Source: Thalassotalea marina (GTDB lineage: Bacteria > Pseudomonadota > Gammaproteobacteria > Enterobacterales > Alteromonadaceae). Taken from it: a stretch of DNA of 64,000 bases. Of the stretch, positions 1-9,797 are shown piece after piece. The position numbers and the translations under genes were made by a program. Under the pieces are notes generated by a model. It saw only the letters and a list, made by a program, of their open reading frames with translations. It was not told where the DNA came from and ran no database searches. How positions within the stretch are numbered: position 1 is the first letter of the stretch; each line of letters opens with the position of its first letter. The stretch covers positions 1-64,000 of the forward strand of contig NZ_BNCK01000006.1 in the NCBI RefSeq assembly GCF_014656435.1, in the 5' to 3' direction.

Positions 1-45
1 ATTGTTTTACGGCCTTTATGACAGAGCGAAGTAATAGATTTTGCT

Positions 46-128
46 GATTGATTAACCATTAGCTGCCTAGCGGCAGCTAAAAAAACACTATTGCCTATTG
101 ACGGGGATAAGGTTCATATGTGTTATGA
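46..128. repeat. Copy A of an ~85-bp imperfect repeat (about 85% identical to 62921-63007) with perfect palindrome AGCTGCC-tagc-GGCAGCT followed by an A-run
   Basis: Direct comparison with 62921-63007: an identical 29-bp core ccattagctgcctagcggcagctaaaaaa, then a similar tail ...attgc(c/t)tattga(c/t)ggggata(a/g)g(g/a)ttca..tgtgttatg(a/t)aa. It ends at the stop codon of minus-strand ORF 123-596. Confidence 0.7.
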
Positions 129-596
129 ATACACTACATTAACACTATGATTGTCATTAATAAAACCACGAAAATCATCGATAGAACAGCTATTTTGTTT
201 AACTGTAATCTCTTTTGGCGCTTTGGCAGGATAGTACAATTTGATTAATTGATTTTGGCCACTCACAAACTGGCAGCTGATTTTATTAACTTCTGTGAGA
301 TCAACTTTATATTTACGAAATATGTTTAAATAAAGAGTAAGGTCATTCCCTTCAATTTTAGCTAAAGGCTTTAAGCGAGTTACAGTTTTAAACAAATAGA
401 TTGCAAAGCCGAAAGGAAAATATATCGCGTACAGTAAGAGAGATTCATCTAGGTTACCTTCACCTAATCGAAAGTACGCAGCTCTATCAACGGCAAATGC
501 AAATATTAGCGGAACGTACAAAATCTCTGTGTTTTTTATTAAAATCTTATAAATCGGATCGTTTATTTTCTTTCCATTTCGATAGATCTTATTCAT
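123..596 (-). CDS. Hypothetical small membrane protein (two predicted TM helices at the N-terminus, soluble C-terminal part)
   Basis: 157-aa ORF with hydrophobic stretches ILYVPLIFAFAV and LLYAIYFPFGFAIYLF. I recognise no motif. Confidence 0.4.
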   Translation of the reverse strand: MNKIYRNGKKINDPIYKILIKNTEILYVPLIFAFAVDRAAYFRLGEGNLDESLLLYAIYFPFGFAIYLFKTVTRLKPLAKIEGNDLTLYLNIFRKYKVDLTEVNKISCQFVSGQNQLIKLYYPAKAPKEITVKQNSCSIDDFRGFINDNHSVNVVYS

Positions 597-706
597 TGGT
601 AAACACTATACCTTCCATGTATTCATAACGTAAAGCTTTGGGGAGGCTGGAGCGCAGCGTAAGCCGTCCCAGCCACGATAGTGGCGACAATAGCGCCTTG
701 TTATAA

Positions 707-1021
707 CTATATGCCCAATTCATTGCACAATTCATGGTGCTTTTCCGTGATAGCATCAATCAGTTGCAGGGAGTCAGACAGAATTAACATTTCTGGTGAC
801 AGATTATCTACTTTTATGGCAAAAGCTAAACCGCATCTACTAGACTGAAATGAGAAAGACATTTGAATCACATCATGGCTATTGTCTTTCACGCTATAAG
901 CAAATCGCTCAATATGTGCTAATTCCTCTTCGCTGATGCCTCCATCAATCAAATCGCCAATTTTTCTCCAAAATGCGGCAATATTTCTCAAATCACAATT
1001 TGCTGAAAATTCATAATCCAT
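707..1021 (-). CDS. Hypothetical acidic cytoplasmic protein
   Basis: 104-aa ORF immediately upstream of 123-596 and co-oriented with it. I recognise no family. Confidence 0.35.
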   Translation of the reverse strand: MDYEFSANCDLRNIAAFWRKIGDLIDGGISEEELAHIERFAYSVKDNSHDVIQMSFSFQSSRCGLAFAIKVDNLSPEMLILSDSLQLIDAITEKHHELCNELGI

Positions 1022-1151
1022 TGAAGGAACACCGATAGTTATAACAGCTTATTAGAAGGCTCAAGTCTCTCTATCACCAAGCTTAAACCTTAATACTTTT
1101 GTTTAAATAGTATTCCTGATACTTATAATTTTCAACGACTTATTTCTTTTG

Positions 1152-1224
1152 TGTCTCGCTTTCCACGCAGAAAGCGAGATCTATTCTCTATTTCTTGTAG
1201 AAAGCGAGACAAACGCTAAGCTGT
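1152..1224. repeat. Intergenic hairpin/repeat with three arm copies: gtctcgctttc (1152-1162), gaaagcgaga (1170-1179), gaaagcgagac (1201-1211)
   Basis: The 10-11 bp arms are perfectly complementary, so arm 1 can pair with either arm 2 or arm 3. cgctaagctgt recurs at about 1213 and about 1364. The element lies in a 560-bp non-coding region. Confidence 0.5.
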
Positions 1225-1530
1225 ATATAAATACAACACAATTAACTCTTCATTTTTATCTTCACTGAAAGAACATATGTGGACTTGGCGTTATGCCAAA
1301 AGAACTATCGAAAGTTACTTATATTGGATCAAGTATTTTATAAACTTTACAACAAGCGCCACCCGCTAAGCTGTCACAAAGCAGAAGTAGCGTCTTTGTT
1401 AAATTATTTGTCAAATGAAAAAGTTAAGCCGCATTGATATTTATAGGTCGCTCTTCGATGTTTATCAGGTGAAATTTAAGCCAATTTTTTAGCACTATCT
1501 TCCCAAACATAACCAAGAATATTGAGCATT

Positions 1531-1566
1531 AAAAAAGCAGCCAAGCTTTCACCTGGCTGCTTTTTA
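1531..1566 (-). terminator. Rho-independent terminator (bidirectional form) downstream of ORF 1583-2080
   Basis: aaaaaaGCAGCCAAGctttcaccTGGCTGCttttt: a GC-rich 9-bp stem with a T-run on the minus-strand transcript. Confidence 0.6.
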
Positions 1567-1582
1567 CATCGGTTAAATAAAT

Positions 1583-2080
1583 TTATTTAAATTCGATTTT
1601 TGCAACTTCTATTGAGCCATCAAAAGTACGAGTTTTAATATCACCGCGCCCTTCAATGTTTACCGTATTAACTTGGCTTGGCCAAATATCTCGCAATGCA
1701 GAGTGTTCAACCGTTAAACCGTTTAGCAAAAACGGTTGTTTCGTTTCTTGGTAAACCCAAAAAAAGCGACCATCAACTTCAAAGCCTACCGGTGAAAGCG
1801 CAATTGGCTCACCTTGATCATTTTTTAATGAAAAGCGTTGCATCACATATTCAAAGAACTTTTCTTGGGTTTCTTTTGAATTAATGATGTCTGCGTTTTT
1901 ACCAAAAATATGTTTTACCGCGTGTTCAGCATCGTGCAAATAAAATCGGTGACTGACTTCAATATTTTCAGTTCTTGGATTAAACAACACGGTACTGATT
2001 GCTGCTTTTTGTTGATGTGCTAGTGCCATGTCACTAAGTAACATCACACATAGCAATAAACCGTTAATTAAATATTTCAT
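1583..2080 (-). CDS. Secreted protein of unknown function, co-transcribed with the M1 peptidase
   Basis: N-terminal signal peptide (MKYLINGLLLCVMLLSDMALA). It lies 12 bp downstream of the peptidase gene on the same strand. Confidence 0.55.
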   Translation of the reverse strand: MKYLINGLLLCVMLLSDMALAHQQKAAISTVLFNPRTENIEVSHRFYLHDAEHAVKHIFGKNADIINSKETQEKFFEYVMQRFSLKNDQGEPIALSPVGFEVDGRFFWVYQETKQPFLLNGLTVEHSALRDIWPSQVNTVNIEGRGDIKTRTFDGSIEVAKIEFK

Positions 2081-2091
2081 ACTACTTTTGT

Positions 2092-4551
2092 TTACTTATC
2101 TTTGTTGTCGTCTTTATCTTTATCTTTATCTTCTTCGTCTTTTTTCAACTTGGTTTTGATTTCGTGCATTAAGTCGCGACGAACACCCGTTGAAGAGCTC
2201 TTAGATTTGAAACTTTCGATACGAGAAGGAATAATTTGTCGAGGGAAATGGTTGTTCTCAACATTAACATCGGCAGTTTCCCAACGAGGATCAACCACAA
2301 CACTAACTAAGTTTTTGCCTTTCTCAGTAACAATTAGCTTGCTAACTGCTTTAGGAGACTTACGCCAGATTTCCGCTGGAATGTACATGTTCTCTTTAGT
2401 ACCGTCTTCAAAAGACAATTCAAGAATGATAGGCATCACCAAGCCGCCTTTGTTAGAGAAGTCTAAAACATAGTAGTTTTTATCTTCTTTAACAGCGCGT
2501 TCTAGTGCTTTGCGCTCCCAATCTTTTAAGCCTTTCATAAACTTGTTGTACTTGTTACGGTCTTTATTGGTAACCGTCCAAATATCTTTTTCATCATAGA
2601 TGTCTTTGATATCAGAGAAGCGTTCAACCCAAAGCTTTTGGCCTTCTGCTTTGTTGCGCTCGTCTGTTAACGACATAGGCTTGTTCTTCTCAACTTCGCG
2701 CTCACGAGCAAAGTCAATATCTGGGTCTTCAGTGTCAATACGAAGTTTGTATACGCTGTCTAAAGAAATATCTACATGATCTGTAGTGTAGAACCAACCA
2801 CGCCAGAACCAATCTAAATCAACACCTGATGCTTCTTCCATTGTGCGGAAAAAGTCTGATGGTGTAGGACGTTTAAATTTCCAACGCTGTGCATATTCAC
2901 GAAATGCAAAATCAAACAATTCACGGCCTAAAATAGTTTCACGTAAAATGTTTAACGCTGCAGCAGGTTTAGTGTAAGCATTTGGCCCTAAGCGCAATAC
3001 GCTGTCAGACTGTGTCATGATAGGTACTTGTGTTTCGCCTTTCATGTAGTCTGTAATATCGCGAGGTTCAACTCCCCAAGGAATGTTTGGATCCCATTCG
3101 CGACCAGCAACACCGTCTAAAAAGCTGTTAAGACCTTCATCCATCCAAGTCCATTGGCGTTCATCAGAGTTAACCACCATAGGGAAATAAATGTGACCAA
3201 TTTCATGAATAACCACACCAATCAAAAAGCGTTTTTCCGCTAATGAATAAGTACGTGAGCCATCATCACGTAATTCTGTGCGCGGGCCATTAAAGGTGAT
3301 CATTGGATATTCCATACCACCTACTGGGCCATTTACTGATTGTGCCGTTGGGTATGGGTAGTCAAATGAAAAGCGGTTGTAAACATCCATGGTATGAATG
3401 ATTGACTCAGTCGAATACTTCTTCCACAGGTCGCCACCTTCTTTAGGGTAGAACGACATTGCCATTACCACTGGATTTTCGTCATTGTCTTGCTTAAAGC
3501 CACGAGCATCCCACATAAATTTACGAGACGACGCCCAAGCAAAATCACGAACGTTATCGGCTTTAAACTTCCAAGTTTTGGTTTTGTTTGTGCCTTCTTT
3601 TTCGTTTTCTAATGCTTCTTCTTCTGTCACGATGAACACGATACGATCAGCATCTTTTGCTTTTTCTAAGCGATTACGTTGTTCTTTTGTTAGAACATTC
3701 TTTGCGTTCGTTAATACACCAGTTGATGAAACAATATGATCAGCAGGTACTGTCATTTCTACCTGATAATTACCAAACTCTAAAGTAAATTCACCTTTAC
3801 CTAAGAATTCTTTGTTGGTCCATGCTTCATAGTCAGTGTAGGCATGTAAACGCGGGAACCACTGAGCAAATAAGAAAATGTCGTTACCACCTTCACGTGC
3901 ATCATCTGGGAAATGTTCATAACCTGAACGAGCATTTACTGCATCTTCTTCAACAATGTTAAAAGCAAAATCTAAAGAGAATTCAGTTTTTTGACCTGGC
4001 TTAAGTGGTTTAGGTAAATCAACACGCATGTTAGTGCCAACAATAACGTATTTTAGTTTGTTGCCACTTGCATCTTTTACATTGCTAATTTGGTAGCCAA
4101 CATCAACGTCATCAATAAATTGCTGACGACGTAAATCAGACAAACTAATTTTACCTGTTCTAGGATCTGACCCTTTCTGTTTGCCTAAACCACCAAAAGT
4201 TGTGGTTAAAGAGCTCATTGAGTCTTCTTTAAAGATATTTTGATCTAATTGTATCCACAAATATTTCAAAGTATCCGGAGAGTTATTGGTATAAACGATG
4301 TCTTGGCTAGCTTCAATGCGGCGCTTAGCTTCGTCTAATTTTGCTTTAATTTTATAATCAACTTGTTGTTGCCAGTAAGCATGTCCAGGCTCACCTGCCG
4401 CGTTACGGTATACGTTGGGCGTTGGTAACACTTCATCGAGTTGACGGAATTTATCTTCGAAATCCCCTTTAGTCTGCTTGATAGCAGCGGTAGCACTTAA
4501 TGAAGCACCACACACTAACAAGACAGCCAATTTTATCGTTTTTATATACAT
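2092..4551 (-). CDS. Secreted M1-family zinc metallopeptidase (aminopeptidase N-like gluzincin) with a K/D/E-rich C-terminal tail
   Basis: HEIGH (HExxH) followed by WMDEGLNSF (the gluzincin third ligand Glu). Signal peptide present. 819 aa. ATG with an AGGA RBS. Confidence 0.8.
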   Translation of the reverse strand: MYIKTIKLAVLLVCGASLSATAAIKQTKGDFEDKFRQLDEVLPTPNVYRNAAGEPGHAYWQQQVDYKIKAKLDEAKRRIEASQDIVYTNNSPDTLKYLWIQLDQNIFKEDSMSSLTTTFGGLGKQKGSDPRTGKISLSDLRRQQFIDDVDVGYQISNVKDASGNKLKYVIVGTNMRVDLPKPLKPGQKTEFSLDFAFNIVEEDAVNARSGYEHFPDDAREGGNDIFLFAQWFPRLHAYTDYEAWTNKEFLGKGEFTLEFGNYQVEMTVPADHIVSSTGVLTNAKNVLTKEQRNRLEKAKDADRIVFIVTEEEALENEKEGTNKTKTWKFKADNVRDFAWASSRKFMWDARGFKQDNDENPVVMAMSFYPKEGGDLWKKYSTESIIHTMDVYNRFSFDYPYPTAQSVNGPVGGMEYPMITFNGPRTELRDDGSRTYSLAEKRFLIGVVIHEIGHIYFPMVVNSDERQWTWMDEGLNSFLDGVAGREWDPNIPWGVEPRDITDYMKGETQVPIMTQSDSVLRLGPNAYTKPAAALNILRETILGRELFDFAFREYAQRWKFKRPTPSDFFRTMEEASGVDLDWFWRGWFYTTDHVDISLDSVYKLRIDTEDPDIDFAREREVEKNKPMSLTDERNKAEGQKLWVERFSDIKDIYDEKDIWTVTNKDRNKYNKFMKGLKDWERKALERAVKEDKNYYVLDFSNKGGLVMPIILELSFEDGTKENMYIPAEIWRKSPKAVSKLIVTEKGKNLVSVVVDPRWETADVNVENNHFPRQIIPSRIESFKSKSSSTGVRRDLMHEIKTKLKKDEEDKDKDKDDNKDK

Positions 4552-4898
4552 GTTGTATCCTGCTCAGCACTTGATTTACGCGAAAGATGACTCGCGCAGC
4601 CTTGTGATAATATAACAAACGACGAATAAATACTCGTCGTTCGTCAGATTTATTCCCCACCTTATCGTATTTAATTCACTTTTTCACTCAAATAACGAAC
4701 GAAATCATTCGTAAGTCAGATAGTTACAACACTTATTTGTTAAATTAAGAAAAACCTTGTTTACAACTCATTAAACTGTACTAGTTCAACACCGATCATA
4801 TTTTGTAGATAGCTTGCAAAAAACACTTTGTGATTAACCAACATTTGCAACTTTGTACTAGGATTAAATAAGGGTATCTGCACAGATAAAACACTGTT

Positions 4899-5828
4899 AT
4901 GGCCGAAGAATTAGACCAGGTTATTGCTAACGCACTACGAGAAGTACTCGAAGTAACTCCCAATGCTATTGGTATTTTTGACCAGTCACTTACTTTGATT
5001 TATTGCAACGATGTTTTAGCCGGTTTGTTCTGTATGACTAGAGCTGAAGCTTTAGGTAAAACACAAGAAGAAATTTTAAAGCGATCTTTTGATACTTCGG
5101 AAGGAATAAACATAGCGTCAGACGATTTTGATTCCTGGTACCAAGAATTAAACTGTAACCAACAGCAAACTCACTTTAACCAATTTGAAGCCGATACCAC
5201 TGAGGGTGTTGTGTTCAAAATGACACGTATGACACTAGATAGTGGTTTAATGGTAATGTTGGGCACCGAGATTACTGAGCTCAAACAAGTACAATCATCA
5301 CTTGAACTCGCACTGACTAAACTTGAATTGTTGGCGAATACTGATCAGCTTACTGGCGTATATAATCGACGATACTTTGAAGATATTGCTCGCAAAGAAA
5401 TTGATCGCTGTATTCGCTACCAACAAACATTTTCCCTATTGTTAATTGATTTAGATCATTTCAAAAACATCAATGACCATTTTGGTCATCATATTGGCGA
5501 TGAAGTATTAATTCATGTGACGTCTATTTGCCAGCGTCAATTGAGATTAACAGATACTTTGTGTCGTATTGGTGGAGAAGAATTTGCCATCATATTACCC
5601 AGTACAGAAGCCAGTGATGCACTGCAAATCGCGGAGCGAATTAGGGAGTCTGTTAACCAGGCAAACATCCCTGTTGATGAACATCAAACCAATATCACCA
5701 TGTCAATTTCCATCGGTGTCACTGAATATAAACGACACGACATGGCGATATCCGATACTTTAATAAGAGCCGACAAAGCACTTTATCGAGTAAAAGAAAA
5801 CGGCAGAAACAGTTGCCTGCTTATTTAA
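4899..5828 (+). CDS. PAS-GGDEF diguanylate cyclase
   Basis: RIGGEEFAIILP (GGEEF active site) and DQLTGVYNRRYF upstream. The N-terminal ~130 aa are PAS-like. No TM segments. Confidence 0.8.
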   Translation: MAEELDQVIANALREVLEVTPNAIGIFDQSLTLIYCNDVLAGLFCMTRAEALGKTQEEILKRSFDTSEGINIASDDFDSWYQELNCNQQQTHFNQFEADTTEGVVFKMTRMTLDSGLMVMLGTEITELKQVQSSLELALTKLELLANTDQLTGVYNRRYFEDIARKEIDRCIRYQQTFSLLLIDLDHFKNINDHFGHHIGDEVLIHVTSICQRQLRLTDTLCRIGGEEFAIILPSTEASDALQIAERIRESVNQANIPVDEHQTNITMSISIGVTEYKRHDMAISDTLIRADKALYRVKENGRNSCLLI

Positions 5829-5837
5829 CGGGGTTTA

Positions 5838-7160
5838 TCAAAGCAATCGATCAAGTTGCTGTTGATATTGCGCAACCGCCATTTCGTCAGCTTTTGCTTT
5901 ATCCAATGCCTGTTGAAAATGTTTAACCGCTTGTTTTGTGTTGCGCTCTATTAGATATAATTTAGCGAGTTCGCCAGATAATTGATGAACTTGGGGATGC
6001 TGTTTTATTCCTGCTTTCAATACTTTAATCGCACGTTCAACATTGTCATGCTCAGCAAAGAACTTAGCGTAGCTTGTAAATCGATTATTGATTTTGTATT
6101 CGCCTAAATAACGCTCAAACTCCTGAAACGCCTGATAATTATTTTCCTCAAGTGCGTATCTAAAAAGCGTAAAATGCGCCACTTCCCCTACCGTTTCAGG
6201 GACGCCATATTTTTTTGCTCTGCGTTTAAAATAGTCAACTATTGCCGTCACGCCACCAAAAGCTTCAACATCTTGTAATGAATAAAAAGTTAAGTCGTGA
6301 TAATCATTAAACTGCCATGTCAGCCCTTTGCTTAACGCGTCAAATGGCGTAGTAAAATGATCGATATGACCACTATAGTTATCATGATAATGATAATTCC
6401 AATCGACTGTCGCTCTGCCGGCTGCTTTAAACACCTCAATTAAACCTTCATGACCTACAAGCGCGTGTTTTTCTTTTTCACCCAACGACAAATAAACCTT
6501 TACACCTAGCCCCTTATTTAACGCTAGGGTGTCTTTGGTTCTAGCAATTTGTGATTCACTATAATATGGCCCACTTGCCAACAATAATCCTTGGAAAGCT
6601 TGTGGGTAGTCATTAAAAAGGCTTAAGCCAAACGAGGCGGCAAACTGCCAGCCAAAATAGAGGTTCTGACCACTGGTATGAAAGGCGTTATCAACTTTTG
6701 GCATAATGTGTTCAACCAAGGTTTTGCTTAGCTGTGCAGAATTACTATTTAATAACTGTGCACGCTGCCTTTTCGAGTTTTGTACAAGTTTTGCGGTGTT
6801 GATGCCGACAACAATAAAAGCGGGACTTGCCGTCATGGTATGAATACCGGCACTTAACGTTTGTTGAAAACCTATGGCGTTGTAAAGGTAATGTTGCCCG
6901 TCCATAACATATAGTACAGGCAGGCGAATGTCTTTGCTGTTGCTGGGAACAAAAACGTCAAGACTTAAGCCTTGTTCTAGCTTAAGTTGATAAAAGTGTC
7001 CCATGTCATTGTTATAAACGTTAGTAAACTTGTGGTCTTTGGCAAATGACATCGAAGAACACAAAACGGTCAGCCAAACAATGGTTTTGCATAAGTTACT
7101 GATTAATGTTGCTGTTGATATGCTACTGAAATTTTTATAGCGCAATAATGATAAAAACAA
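5838..7160 (-). CDS. Secreted esterase-family (alpha/beta hydrolase, enterochelin-esterase-like) protein with C-terminal TPR-like repeats. It may be catalytically atypical
   Basis: LPVLYVMDGQHY motif typical of the putative-esterase fold. Where paralog 9798-11105 has GHSYTG, this protein has FGWQFAASFG, so no clear GxSxG. The C-terminal 100 aa form helical TPR-like repeats. TTG start preceded by AGGAAAGGGG. Confidence 0.6.
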   Translation of the reverse strand: MFLSLLRYKNFSSISTATLISNLCKTIVWLTVLCSSMSFAKDHKFTNVYNNDMGHFYQLKLEQGLSLDVFVPSNSKDIRLPVLYVMDGQHYLYNAIGFQQTLSAGIHTMTASPAFIVVGINTAKLVQNSKRQRAQLLNSNSAQLSKTLVEHIMPKVDNAFHTSGQNLYFGWQFAASFGLSLFNDYPQAFQGLLLASGPYYSESQIARTKDTLALNKGLGVKVYLSLGEKEKHALVGHEGLIEVFKAAGRATVDWNYHYHDNYSGHIDHFTTPFDALSKGLTWQFNDYHDLTFYSLQDVEAFGGVTAIVDYFKRRAKKYGVPETVGEVAHFTLFRYALEENNYQAFQEFERYLGEYKINNRFTSYAKFFAEHDNVERAIKVLKAGIKQHPQVHQLSGELAKLYLIERNTKQAVKHFQQALDKAKADEMAVAQYQQQLDRLL

Positions 7161-7500
7161 AATGATCCCCTTTCCTATTTAACCTCAGGTTTGTATAAGA
7201 AATAGTGCTAAATCAAAGAAAACAATAAGTTAGCAATCTCTTATATTTCTAGGACGATATTTTTGTCTGAATTAAAGGCATTTTGCAGCAGGAATAGCTA
7301 GCTATTTCGCTTCAAAATAACGCAGAAGTCAGTAAAAATAGCACCTAGAAACGCATTGTTTATGCGAAGCTGAGGTTATTTAATTAATTTACGCCTTTTT
7401 AAATGGCAGGGGCAAGCAATACAACCTTAAACCCAGTTGTTTAACTGATGATGAGCTGATGTTTAACTGATGCTTATTCTATTGCTTAAATATCAACAAG

Positions 7501-9579
7501 TTAAAATAGCTTAACTAGCTCTTTTCGAGCAGAAATTATTTGAGTTGTTAGTAAGTTATCGGCCTTTACGTCAGTAATAAAGGTGGTTTTATCTTTCAGT
7601 GTCATCAGTGTGTTAATGCTTGACTGGTTATACGATTTACTCATCAAGTGTCGGGTTTTATGGTTAGTCCAATAAACGCCATCAATCGCAAAAACTGCCA
7701 CATCCACTTGTTCAGCCAGAACTTCAGGGCTGGTTTGTTGCAGTTCAGCCATCGCTATTTGCATCAAGCGATCATCTCTATCAAGTACGTATAAGGTGTC
7801 ATCTCTAATCGCGGCACTTGCCACATTGTCGATGCCTAAAGAGGTTAGTTCACCATTTGTTAGATTCACCACATATAACTCTCTAACTTTATGATGGTTT
7901 GCGCTGATTAAAACTTCATTATCGCTATACCAATCTAGAACAAATCGAACAGGTACTGACACAGCATGTATTTGACTATTGCCCTGCAAGTCTACTTGCA
8001 CTAACTGGTCATTGGCAGAAAGTAAAAGATGTGTTCCATCAGGAGACCAATGAATGTCATTTAAATTGCTCCCTTGACGAAACCTTGTCAGAGGGTACGC
8101 ATGCTGTAGATCAGTTAACCACACCTGCTCTGAGCCATTTTTATCAGAAATATAAGCAATTAAATCACCATTAGGTTGAAACTTGGCTTTTCGTTCAACC
8201 GCAGTACTTCGGCTTAAACTTTTATAAGGCTGAAACTCTTGATTAAAACTACCTTGTACCGACTGCCAAGTTGCCTCATCAGCTAGGTTTATCAAGGCGA
8301 CATCAGTGTCTACATGTCCACGCACACCAACTAAACTTTGCATATCAGGTGCCGCAGTCACCATAATTATGCCCTTTTCAGCTATGGTTATCTCTTCTGT
8401 TTTACCCGATAAATAGAGATTAAAAGTGCCCGAATTATTGGCATAAATAAGGTATTCGCCATTGGCGGCAAAATTTGCTTCAACATAATCATATGCGCCA
8501 GATTGAACTGGACGTTCAATCAATACTTCAGATATTAACTGTCCCTGCTCATCCAGCAAGATAAGCCAATCATTATGATCGCTGTCTCTGGCGATAACAG
8601 CAAACGTGTTTGTCGCAGCATGGTGATCATAATAATAAATGCGCTTTTCACTATTTTGATAAATGGGTTGTTCAACTTGGGTTCTGTTGTCAACCTGCAT
8701 CAATTGATAACGATTTTGTATCATTTTTAAAAATGCGACTTTGTTATTGCCCAACCCATGGGCAAGTTCAATTAAGTGTTGATCACAACGATGTACAGTA
8801 TTTAATTTCGCAGGTGCAGTTAACGCTTGAGCAAAATCAACCGATTGAATAGACCAACAATTATTAGTGGAAGCTTGAGGAGTGCAGCTTTCTTGCACTG
8901 TGGTAAATATCTGACTGCCATCAGGTGAAAAGCTTGGCAAAGTGTAAACAGCGTCAACTTGTGTTAATTGGCTTTCTTTGCCTGACTCAAGGTGTTTTGC
9001 CCATATTTGGCTCTGGCAAGTGCCGATCATGCGGGTAAAAATTAAATATTGTCCGTCGGGTGAAAAAGTTGGAAATAAATCATTTTCTTCACTTTGGGTA
9101 AGTTCTTGTATGTAATTATATTTCACCATTGGCGACGATGACTGATGGTGCCAAAAAAAAACACTCGCGACTAATACCAGCAAAAATAAAATTAAGCCGC
9201 TTTTAAAACTAAAGCGCTGAGGTGATGTAGCAGTTTGCTCTAGCGTTTTGTTATTGGTTTCAATGATTTCAACACGGGCCGTTAATCGATAACCAATTTT
9301 TGGATGTGTAACAATAACCTCCTGGCGTTTTGCATCATCACCTAACACTTTCCTTAATTGTGCAATGCAGCGCTGCAAAGCATTAGGTACCACTTCAACA
9401 TTGGGCCAAATCGCATTTTTTATCACGTCATGCGTCACCACTTCATTTTGATGCTTGGCCAATAGCGCTAATACTTTTAGGATTTTAGGCTCTATCGATT
9501 GTGTATTATCGTCAATAGTCACGGTTGAATGTAAAAGGTCAACCAAAGTGTTATTAACATAAAAGCGAGTGGCAAACAT
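7501..9579 (-). CDS. ToxR/CadC-like membrane-bound one-component regulator: N-terminal OmpR/PhoB-type winged-helix DNA-binding domain, one TM helix, periplasmic TolB-like beta-propeller
   Basis: N-terminus resembles the trans_reg_C domain (LLAKHQNEVVTHDVIKNAIWPNVEV...IGYRL). TM segment LILFLLVLVASVFFW. The periplasmic part has repeated FSPDG, SFSPDGSQIF and WSPDGTHLLL blades. Confidence 0.7.
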   Translation of the reverse strand: MFATRFYVNNTLVDLLHSTVTIDDNTQSIEPKILKVLALLAKHQNEVVTHDVIKNAIWPNVEVVPNALQRCIAQLRKVLGDDAKRQEVIVTHPKIGYRLTARVEIIETNNKTLEQTATSPQRFSFKSGLILFLLVLVASVFFWHHQSSSPMVKYNYIQELTQSEENDLFPTFSPDGQYLIFTRMIGTCQSQIWAKHLESGKESQLTQVDAVYTLPSFSPDGSQIFTTVQESCTPQASTNNCWSIQSVDFAQALTAPAKLNTVHRCDQHLIELAHGLGNNKVAFLKMIQNRYQLMQVDNRTQVEQPIYQNSEKRIYYYDHHAATNTFAVIARDSDHNDWLILLDEQGQLISEVLIERPVQSGAYDYVEANFAANGEYLIYANNSGTFNLYLSGKTEEITIAEKGIIMVTAAPDMQSLVGVRGHVDTDVALINLADEATWQSVQGSFNQEFQPYKSLSRSTAVERKAKFQPNGDLIAYISDKNGSEQVWLTDLQHAYPLTRFRQGSNLNDIHWSPDGTHLLLSANDQLVQVDLQGNSQIHAVSVPVRFVLDWYSDNEVLISANHHKVRELYVVNLTNGELTSLGIDNVASAAIRDDTLYVLDRDDRLMQIAMAELQQTSPEVLAEQVDVAVFAIDGVYWTNHKTRHLMSKSYNQSSINTLMTLKDKTTFITDVKADNLLTTQIISARKELVKLF

Positions 9580-9797
9580 AAAACTTCATTAAAAAACGGC
9601 AATTCGCTCATTGTAGCGAGGGAAAATATCAATTGAAATAACTAACTAAAGAAGTGCCGAAATATCACTTTTTTAACTAGCGTAACAGCTATTACAGTAA
9701 TACATCAGCAATTCATCAGCCCGAAAACATTGTACTCTAGTGACAATTATTCAAAGGTAGCTTTAACTTTTGTTTTAAAATACAAATCAGAGGAACA

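Noticed and set aside
56-84. Treating the AGCTGCC/GGCAGCT palindrome in the repeat as an intrinsic terminator
   Set aside because: The A-run is 3' on the plus-strand RNA and the U-run is 5' on the minus-strand RNA. This is the wrong polarity for either convergent gene.
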